Assembly: GCA_013265495.1 (NCBI GenBank)
Contig: MU063897.1
Coordinates: 2,427,220 to 2,491,219, forward strand
Length of the DNA: 64,000 nt
Reading direction: 5' to 3'
Source: Vicugna vicugna
Lineage: Eukaryota
Positions 37,501 to 64,000 of the stretch are shown here, piece by piece. The position numbers were made by a program, and so were the translations under genes. The notes beneath the pieces are model-generated. The model made no database searches, was not told the DNA's origin, and saw only the letters and a list, made by a program, of their open reading frames with translations. Each line of letters begins with the position of its first letter. Positions within the stretch are counted from its first letter, which is position 1.

Positions 37501-39705
37501 TTCCCATCCCTGGTCCCGGTTGAGCCCTCCTGTGGCCTCTGGTGATCTCTCCTTTCCCCCTGAAGGAGTCCTAAACTGAGGGCTCGGCTAATTTCCGGGC
37601 CTGACTGCAGGGTTCCTTAGGCAGCAGGCACGTGGGGCTCTGGAGAGAAGCTGCTTTGAATGTGGGTTCCTGAATGTGTCGGCTGCTACTCAAAGTGTTG
37701 GTTAGGTGTGCTGACCTCCTCTGAATCCCAGTCACCAGGGACGGGGCCCAGGAACTGTGTTTTAACAGGCTCCTTGGGTCATTCTTAGGCATATTCAGTC
37801 AAATGGCGAAATCACTGTCCTTTTCAAGGTGGCTTCCAGGTTACTGGTGTGACCTTGGGGAGTAGAGATAATTATTACCTTAGAAGGTGCCACCTGTCCT
37901 TCACGCAGGCCAGAAAAGCCTTCAAACCAGGCTTCCTGTTATGGTTAGCAATCTGAGAAGCAATGCCAAGGAAGAACTCATGCCCGAGACACCTACTTGT
38001 GGGCAATTCAACCGGACGTGAAGCTTGTCACGTCCTGACTGTTTTACTGTGTTTCCCCGCGGTCTATGCTGTCGCGGTTACTTATGGCTATGTACCCTTA
38101 TGGGGTCCGTGCTGTGTGTTTCTCGCCCAAATTCACGTTCAGTGAGTGATGTCATGTTGGCAACTTGAAAATGGCCACAGTTTCAAGTGGTAACTTGAAA
38201 ATACACACGATGGAAATTCGCGAACATTAACACCAGGGCTTGATTTATTACTTTTTTGGTTGTTACCCATAAGGAAGTGATGGAGAAAACACTAACAATG
38301 CAGATTAAGCTTTACAGCAGTCATGTCTGTAGCTGCCACGTTGTGAAATAGTGCAAAAAGTTGAGGAACGTTTCTCCCAGCATTCTAAAAATATTTGAGC
38401 GAAGCTTCCTGTCATTTAAGAAGTTCGGACATTAATCTTCGTTGTCTCACTTGCATTCTGCTCTTCAAAGTAAATGAAAATATCAAACAACATTCCTTTC
38501 GGAACTGTTCTCATTTGTCAATTGCAACCATAGGCTGGTTATTGAGTTTGGCAAAAATCACAGGAATTTGATACTGGGTTGGCTAACTGGAATTCGGAGT
38601 ATTGTATATTTTATCTGTAAAATTGTGTGCCACACTTATTTCAGTATTTACAATAACCTTATGCATGGATACATATGCACACATTTTACCCTGGAGAGGT
38701 GACTGGTAAACATTTACCAGCACACGACTGCTCTTGGTATGTGTAAATTTGAGGAAATGCCCAAACAGGGACGCAGCTTTAAAGTTGTGTGACAAGCATG
38801 TTCTTCCAGTCCTGTCATTGTCTCTCCATAAAAACCCAGTTGGAAAAAATGTCACAAGTTGGAATTTGGGGCCCTTGGGTGTGAATGGAAGGCCCCGAGG
38901 AAAGGCAGCCCGATCCCAGTCTGCAGCCTCACACACTCACGGGAGAGTCCGGGCTGCGCAGCCTGGCGCTCAGTAGCGGGTGGCGGCTCCCTGCAGCAGG
39001 TCCCGCATGCCCAGGTGTGCAGGACAATGCAGGGCTGTCACCCTCGGCGGACAAGCAGTAGGATCTCTGGGACTCATTTCTACTTTTTCCTAACTCCCTT
39101 TTATGTAACGACTGCAGTGTCCGTGGGGGCAGTCTCAGTGGTCAGGTGGTGGTGACCAGAACGCAGGGCACCCGGGGCAGCTGGATTTCCCAGATCTGTT
39201 GTCCCAGGGCTCTTTCTTTCCAACCTTTCTGGACCATATGCTTTCCAAGAAAGTGGTGGCGACCAGCTAATTTCACAGGAGATACATGGAAACCCCTGAG
39301 CTCATCTAGTCCTCCCTGATCAGTCTAGATGGGAAAATTCGAGCCCAGAGAGGGCAAAAATCTGTCCCAGGCCACACAGCAAGTCCACAGCAGAGCCAGC
39401 CCCAGAATGCCGGTGCCTGCTCACAAACACAGTGGGCTTTTCACATCAGCACCTGCTCTTGCCCCAACTCCTGGTCAGCTTGTGCCCAGAGCAGAGGAAG
39501 GGGAGGGGTGGGGGAGGGGGCCCCTCCAGGCTTCTGGGCTGCCCTCCTGCCCCTCAGCCCTGGCCCAGCCTGCTTTACCTGCTCCTATCACCACTGCATC
39601 GTACTCCGGCTTCAGGTGTCCCCTGGTGTCCGAGTGAGCTTGTCTCCAAGCCGAGAAGGGAGAGGCACCCATGGCCCTGCTGAGCCCTCGGCCACAGGCA
39701 GCCAT
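17725..39705 (-). CDS. PYROXD2: PYROXD2 spliced CDS envelope (16 exons, 1746 nt, 581 aa), pyridine nucleotide-disulphide oxidoreductase domain 2
   Basis: Sixteen GT-AG-bounded exons chain in frame from ATG (39705) to TAA (17725-17727). The translation carries [74 protein letters not shown]. Length equals human PYROXD2 as recalled. Confidence 0.98.
18587..18707 (-). CDS. PYROXD2: PYROXD2 exon 15 (121 nt), [17 protein letters not shown]...[10 protein letters not shown]
   Basis: ccacag| ... G|gtgagt; manual translation. Confidence 0.96.
19525..19838. mobile_element. MER33-like hAT-Charlie MITE in PYROXD2 intron 14
   Basis: CAGCGGCTGCCCAATACAAATATAA... AT-rich core ...GTACTGGAC; recognised from consensus memory. 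Confidence 0.75.
20206..20312 (-). CDS. PYROXD2: PYROXD2 exon 14 (107 nt), [36 protein letters not shown]
   Basis: acccag| ... GGG|gtgagt; ORF 20128..20388. Confidence 0.97.
21009..21163 (-). CDS. PYROXD2: PYROXD2 exon 13 (155 nt), [19 protein letters not shown]...NAYADR
   Basis: atgcag| ... G|gtaaag; ORF 20974..21492. Confidence 0.97.
21493..21649 (-). CDS. PYROXD2: PYROXD2 exon 12 (157 nt), [14 protein letters not shown]...DGLPSH
   Basis: cctcag| ... AG|gtgggg; ORF 21348..21767. Confidence 0.97.
21911..21983 (-). CDS. PYROXD2: PYROXD2 exon 11 (73 nt), [24 protein letters not shown]
   Basis: ttctag| ... G|gtagga; found by manual reverse complement, not in the ORF track. Confidence 0.95.
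22850..23058 (+). mobile_element. MLT1 LTR 3' fragment in PYROXD2 intron 10
   Basis: ...GGTTGTTATGCAACATT...GCTAATGGACA end motif. Confidence 0.55.
23395..23529 (-). CDS. PYROXD2: PYROXD2 exon 10 (135 nt), [21 protein letters not shown]...LKLTPQ
   Basis: ctccag| ... CAG|gtgaga; ORF 23242..23526. Confidence 0.97.
23902..24043 (-). CDS. PYROXD2: PYROXD2 exon 9 (142 nt), [26 protein letters not shown]...IFTEK
   Basis: cctcag| ... AAG|gtgaat; ORF 23851..24039. Confidence 0.97.
24330..25210 (+). mobile_element. L2 LINE 3' relic in PYROXD2 intron 8
   Basis: Pyrimidine-rich body ending CCTAGCACCTGGCACAG...TATTTATTGAAAGAATTAATGAA; many smaller L2 pieces elsewhere (about 3640-4117, 10440-10890, 20540-20880, 26720-26840, 58960-59150). 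Confidence 0.7.
25535..25576. repeat. (AC)21 microsatellite
   Basis: Direct count, 42 bp. Confidence 0.97.
25803..25830. repeat. (AGAT)7 microsatellite
   Basis: Direct count, 28 bp. Confidence 0.95.
26142..26239 (-). CDS. PYROXD2: PYROXD2 exon 8 (98 nt), [32 protein letters not shown]
   Basis: gtccag| ... GG|gtgagt; in frame. Confidence 0.96.
26164..26253 (-). ncRNA. MIR1287: miR-1287 locus orthologue (hairpin spanning PYROXD2 intron 7/exon 8); 5p arm UGCUGGAUCAGUGGUUUGAGUC at 26217-26238
   Basis: 5p arm differs by 1 nt from human miR-1287-5p as recalled, at the same position in PYROXD2. The 3p arm has several substitutions, so processing in this species is uncertain. Confidence 0.6.
26331..26392 (-). 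CDS. PYROXD2: PYROXD2 exon 7 (62 nt), [21 protein letters not shown]
   Basis: ttttag| ... AAG|gtgagg; ORF 26220..26576. Confidence 0.96.
26900..27362 (+). mobile_element. MLT1 solo LTR in PYROXD2 intron 6
   Basis: Ends ...TTTAAGCCACTGGAGTTTTG...CAGCTAACTGATTCA, typical MLT1 3' end. Confidence 0.65.
28168..28321 (-). CDS. PYROXD2: PYROXD2 exon 6 (154 nt), [24 protein letters not shown]...LKPLLQA
   Basis: ttccag| ... G|gtaagt; in frame. Confidence 0.96.
30265..30420 (-). CDS. PYROXD2: PYROXD2 exon 5 (156 nt), [11 protein letters not shown]...QFSRKDAE
   Basis: ctgcag| ... GAG|gtaggg; ORF 30241..30591. Confidence 0.97.
32799..32872 (-). CDS. PYROXD2: PYROXD2 exon 4 (74 nt), [25 protein letters not shown]
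   Basis: tttcag| ... AAG|gttcag; peptide seen in ORF 32364..32897. Confidence 0.96.
32956..33049 (-). CDS. PYROXD2: PYROXD2 exon 3 (94 nt), [31 protein letters not shown]
   Basis: cag| ... |gtgagc; in frame. Confidence 0.96.
34827..34953 (+). mobile_element. Young tRNA-derived SINE (camelid vic-1-like) with target-site duplication
   Basis: Box A TAGCTCAAGTGG, box B GGTTCAATCCC, A-rich tail; flanks AAGACCAACACAAG (34813-34826) and AAGACCCAGCACAAG (34954-34968); TT|AAGA insertion site. Confidence 0.88.
35501..35520 (-). CDS. PYROXD2: PYROXD2 exon 2 (20-nt microexon), (G)HNGLVA
   Basis: ttgcag|GACACAACGGGCTGGTGGCT|gtgagt; the only segment that joins exon 1 and exon 3 in frame. Confidence 0.95.
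36320..36485. mobile_element. MER5-like MITE remnant
   Basis: AAATGCTGATTCTCAGACCCCGCCCCAGA...CCAGGTCATCCTGATGCAG core; ends approximate. Confidence 0.55.
38020..38730 (+). mobile_element. hAT DNA transposon relic, MER63-family (long form)
   Basis: Terminal ...GGTAAACATTTACCAGCACACGACTG and internal segments resembling the MER63 consensus as recalled; left end degraded and approximate. Confidence 0.75.
39579..39705 (-). CDS. PYROXD2: PYROXD2 exon 1 coding part (127 nt), [17 protein letters not shown]...YDAVVIGA
   Basis: ATG in context cagaaATGg; donor G|gtaaag; Arg/Ser/Ala-rich N-terminus resembling a mitochondrial presequence. Confidence 0.96.
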
Positions 39706-40100
39706 TTCTGCCCTGGACCAGGCCTGGAATTTGTGCCTCTCCAGGCAGGGGGAGGAGCAGGGAGAAAGCAGGAAGTTGCGGCCCAGCTGCCGTACTTGGC
39801 CTCTGGCCACGACTAAACAGAGGACACTGAGCTGCTGCCGGCTGGCCCAGTTTGCACCGGGCAGAGTCGTGGGAGGTCGCCTGTTAACTGGGCAGAAATC
39901 GTGCCACCTCCAGGCCTCCTGGGAGTATAAACTGTGCTGGTGATTCTCTAGGGATCCCCTGTGCCAGGTGGGGTGCTGAGCACGGCCATGCTGCCCCTCA
40001 CAAAAGCCCCAGAAGAGGAGGCACTGAGGCTTGGAGAAGCATGTGCGCGCGCGCGCGCGTGTGTGTGTGCTCGCGCGTGTGCGCACGCGCACACAGAGTG
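39706..40100 (-). promoter_or_regulatory. PYROXD2: PYROXD2 5'UTR/proximal promoter
   Basis: Directly upstream of the ATG; CpG-retaining; ETS core CAGGAAGT at 39769-39776; NRF1 consensus at 40080-40091. The TSS is not determinable from sequence. Confidence 0.6.
40039..40095. repeat. Compound (GC)7(GT)5 alternating purine-pyrimidine tract
   Basis: Perfect alternation at 40039-40070 and 40072-40095. Confidence 0.93.
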
Positions 40101-41617
40101 AGTGTTCCACAGGCCCTTCTCCTCCCCTGTGCTGTCCAGCTTCTCATTAAGGAATTAAACGTCCGGGATGAGCTGGGGGTGGGAATCCAAGCAAAGAAAG
40201 AGACAGAGTCAGACTCAGCTCCAACTCCCTGTCCTTCTGGTCTGGAAAGGTTAACTGCTCTAAACCCACAGCAGGCTCAGGGACCTGCTGCCTGGAGGAC
40301 TGTGGGGCAACCCCTCAGCCCAGCTGTGCCGGAGCCGCAACAAAACTGCAGGGGTCCACACCTGCTGCTGGGGCCCCTAGAGCATCTTGTGTCCTCGTCC
40401 AAAGGCTTTAAACACCGTCCACTTCACGGGCTGCTGCAAAGCCTGAAGGGTTTGGGGGCCAGTCCAGTCACCTGTGACTCTTGGGATTCACCGTTTTCTT
40501 CTGAAGGCCCGAATCTCTCTCTTCTGTCTTTTGACACTTTTTCCATTTTCCAAGAATCCTCGAGGATTAACGACAACATCTGTAAATACCCTCAGCTACG
40601 TGCTCACCGTCCTTGGCCTGTCCTGAATCGGAAGCTTCTTAGCTCCCTGCCCATTAGTTAGGCTGTTTGCCTTGTGGGAACAGAGCACCGTAGGGGTTGG
40701 GAGTTCCTGTACTGCTCTGACGTTTGTCAGTGTTCTAGAAACCTGCTATAAGAAATGCATCTTGAAATTAGCAGTATTTGTGGAAAAGTGCCCCTGGGTA
40801 AGAGGGATTCCTGGGGACCTTATTCTCGACTCAGACACCCCTCCACATGCCACGGAAGGTTTAAGATGCATGTGCCTCTGCTAAAATCCGATTTATGATC
40901 TTCCCCCAGTGTTATTTATAACATTGAAAAACTAGAGGGGTTGGTTAAACTAGATGTCATATCATGCAGCTGCTAAAAATTCGGGGAAAATATCAGGTGA
41001 CAGAAGAGAGGACCCTGAACAGCGCAGGGCTCCTAGATTAGATCTTCCCCTTGTGCTCTTCTGTATTTCCATTTCCACCTGTAAAGTCGCCACATTAAGG
41101 GGGAAGGCAGTCCCGGTCACCACGACTGTCCCTCACTAGCTCCTCTGGTACCTCTGTGCTCCAGGATGTCTGCGTAACAGGAAAGAACAGTCTTCTTTGC
41201 ATGGATTTTAGCTCAAAATTGAAGGCCCAGCGGCCCAGCCCCTGTCTGTGCGTCACACGTGACCCAAGCGTCGCTGCGCCGCGCTTACTTCTGCCACCGT
41301 CGTCACTTCTCCGTCCCCGCTGCGGCCCTTTGGAGTCCAGTGCTCTCGTGGGCACTTGTCCTCGTGTCCGTTCTGGTGGGGGTACTCCTAGGTTAGAGAA
41401 GGAGCTGTACCCGTTGGGTGGTGTTCTCAATCCAGGACTGTCTGGGAAGCTTTGAAAACCCTCAAAGCCTGGGATCCACTGGACTGAGTGACATGAACTT
41501 GTGGCGGGGCTGGGGCAGGACCCGAGAACAGAGGAGGACACGGAGAGGCCAGGATTTGCCAGTGCTCATCAGCACAAAGGACGGCATGTGTGGCTTCAAC
41601 AGTAACAGTAACAGTAA

Positions 41618-41772
41618 CCAGCATTTATTGACCACCTGCCCCATGTCTGGCAGCCCCATGACCACCCTGAGAGGGGGGTGCTGTCACTCTGAGTGTGGGG
41701 AGACAGGTTTAGAGGTGAGGAAACCTGCCCAGAGCTGCAGAGAGGAAGTGGCAGCTGGATCAACCCAGCCAG
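41618..41772 (-). mobile_element. MIR remnant in the HPS1 3'UTR
   Basis: CATTTATTGACCACCTG...GTGAGGAAACCTGCCCAGAG...AAGTGGCAGCTGGATCAACCCAG. Confidence 0.6.
41624..41629 (-). terminator. HPS1: Candidate proximal HPS1 poly(A) signal AATAAA inside a MIR remnant
   Basis: Only canonical AATAAA I found on the minus strand between the HPS1 stop and the PYROXD2 promoter; usage unproven. Confidence 0.35.
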
Positions 41773-42122
41773 GGGAGCATCTTCCATTTGGGGAGGGAAC
41801 CGGCTTCTGGATGGAGCTTCTGCACTCCAAGAACAGTGGACACATGCAGGCACAGGGACCTCCTCTGCTGTTCTAAGGAGACCAAAGGAACCCTCTGGCC
41901 TCCTCCTCCAGAGTGAAGGATTTGGGGGTTTGCTTGCCAGAATGGAGGCTGGTCTCAGTGGAGTTTCTTTAAGAAATCCTGGGGCTGTCATGGGGGCTGG
42001 TCCATCCTCGGAAGGCTGCTGTGGACAAGAGGAGGCTCCTGCCATGGGGATGTCTGCCAGCAGGGTGGGCCTGGAGCACCGGGGTGTGCAGGCAGACCAC
42101 ACGGGGGACGCTCCGCCCTGGC

Positions 42123-62044
<19,922 letters not shown>

Positions 62045-63671
62045 TTACTGCGCGCCAGGCACCACCACGAGGGCCTTCCTGGTGTCACCTGCTGGCACTC
62101 TCACAGCAACTGGATCAAGTACAATCTTCAGTTACTCCCTCTTCCAAGTCGCAGAGCTCAGATCCAAACCCAAACCTAACGCCAGGGCTCGGGCTCCTTC
62201 CTGTGTTATCCGGCCCCTCTCCCCACAGCATCGGCCCCGCCACCAGCCTACTGGACCCGAACATAAGAAAGGACTCAGCTCCTGATCTAGGCTCGAAGTT
62301 AACTGCACAAGGGCCAACAGGGCCCAGTCAGGGATGCAGAGGGGCTAGTGCCCCTCCCTCCGGGCACTGCAGAAAAAATGTGCTCCCCCTCAAGTCAGAA
62401 ACAACTCCAGGAGACAAGCTTCAAAGCCCACAGAGAGTGGGTTCAGCATTCCAGAAGTTTCCTTCACGAGCTGCTCCTGCTCTGGGGGAAACAGGCTGCA
62501 TGACCTTATCCATGGTTCACTCTCACCCTTGCTTAGCTGCTGCTTCCTCAGTCACATCCACATACATACATACCCTCTGTGCTACACATTACAACGTGCG
62601 GTTACACAAAACGTGTTTCATTATTCACCAACTGGTAGAATCTTAATCCAGAGCTCCCCATACTGGACCTTGGCCCCCTGAGGTGCAGCAAGACACAGAT
62701 CTTCTCAACTCTCAGGGCAGCCTGAACACACCTGGTGAGGCCAGGGCTCTCAGGCCAGCAGCCTGCCCCAGGCAGGGGCTTCAAATCTTCTTCTTTACCT
62801 CCGTGTACCACGCAGACAGGACCACTTGCACACATGCTAAGACATGACAGGGATGAGGAAGCTCTGCTCTGACTCTTCCACAGGTGGACGTCCACTTCCT
62901 CAACAGGATCATAGCATCTCAAGGTCTCTGACTCAGTTACACTCTCCAGGATTCCCATGTGACCAGCTTAGTGGTACTTACTGAATTCCTCCCAAATCTC
63001 CAGTTGGTTTGTCAACTCTAACTCAGAGCACCTCACCTCACGGTGTTGCCAGCACAGGGGAAAACAAAGGATGTAGCCTATTCCCATGGAATTGCTCAAC
63101 ACAAGGCAGACACTGGGAGAGCAACGGAGTGCGAAGAAAAGGTCGCTGGATGAGGGCAGGTGGGCCTGGAAGGGGCTGCTCTGGGACTCCCAGGGGAGTC
63201 TGGTGAAGCTGGGGACTCGAAGGGCTGGCCTGATGGGAAGGAACGGTATGGGTTGGAGAATGGTGGGCAGCAGAATGGAGGCTGAGAACAGTAGGGCCCC
63301 TGTAGGCTGGAAACGGGGTGTGGGTCATGGATGGGGGAGGTCAAGGTTACGGAGGCCCGCTGTCCTGGTTGGGGTAATGCAGGCCCACTCCTTGGCTGAG
63401 GTCAGGAGGGGAAGGGGCTGATTCAAGAAGTGCAGCTTAGAGACTTAGCAGGCCTTGGTGACCACTTGGACGCAAGGGAAGAAGGAGAGCACAGGCAAAG
63501 GTGACATCAGGATGCAGAGCTGGGGCAGGGGGTGGGGATGAGAGGGCTCTGCACAGCCCACGAGAGCCCAGTCCACTTCCTGCCTCACTCTGTCCACCTC
63601 CCACGGCCCGAGCAGCCCCAGAGGGGGTGCTGCCTGCCTCCACCTGCTCCAGGTCAGGCAGGATCATCTAC

Positions 63672-63774
63672 CTTGGCAAGGAGCACAGCAGAGCTTCCAG
63701 ACAGCCAAAGGTTCAGGAAGGGCTGCAGCTGACTCGGTGACTGGCTCACAGAGAGCAGCACAGCATCCGCGGTC
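63672..63774 (-). other. HPS1: HPS1 non-coding exon 2 (5'UTR, about 103 nt)
   Basis: Acceptor tttgcag|GACC, donor CCAAG|gtagat. Splicing to exon 3 gives ...GCCAAG ATG with A at -3. The 5' boundary is less certain (alternative CAG at 63723-63725). Confidence 0.7.
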
Positions 63775-64000
63775 CTGCAAACGCTTAAAACAGGGGGATC
63801 ATGAGGGCAAGCAGAGGCTCTCGTTCCAACAGGTGCCGGTTCCCGGGGGTGGACAAGTTGGTGAAGGACTGAGTGGTCAAAGGTCTCTCTCTGGCCCTTA
63901 GGCAGTCTGCTCAGAACATACTATACTACGTGTGGCCAGGAAGTGTCCCAGTGCCATGTATGCCGACAACCCCACCTTCCCACAATGAATACGAAACTGG

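Noticed and set aside
40041-40661. 206-aa plus-strand ORF antisense in the intergenic spacer
   Set aside because: Begins within the dinucleotide repeat (ARARVCVC); composition typical of GC-rich non-coding DNA.

Overview
Mammalian genomic DNA, most likely camelid (inferred from one young vic-1-like tRNA-derived SINE and the absence of Alu, B1 and Bov-tA elements). It contains two intact minus-strand genes in tail-to-head order. PYROXD2 is complete: 16 exons, 17725-39705, 1746 nt, 581 aa. It is an FAD-dependent oxidoreductase with a GxGxxG motif. HPS1 has all 18 coding exons (42123-61942, 701 or 703 aa depending on the exon 11 donor) plus non-coding exon 2; exon 1 lies beyond the window. It is the BLOC-3 subunit. 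I walked every exon boundary by hand; the frames chain without a stop and match the human proteins as I recall them. Bases 1-17.5 kb are gene-free intergenic DNA made of old repeats (MIR, L2, L1M, MLT1, hAT MITEs), with a 170-N gap. I found no new multi-gene or prokaryote-type system. The best leads are RNA-processing and non-B-DNA features: (1) a U12 AT-AC intron in HPS1 with candidate nested splice sites; (2) the miR-1287 hairpin overlapping a PYROXD2 3' splice site, with a weakened 3p arm; (3) a candidate intronic-polyadenylation HPS1 isoform with a 61-aa read-through tail; (4) tandem in-frame donors; (5) a 20-nt microexon splitting the FAD-binding motif; (6) a PYROXD2 promoter flanked by a Z-DNA/NRF1 tract and a four-tier G-quadruplex motif. 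Comparisons to human come from memory of the reference proteins, not from a database search.
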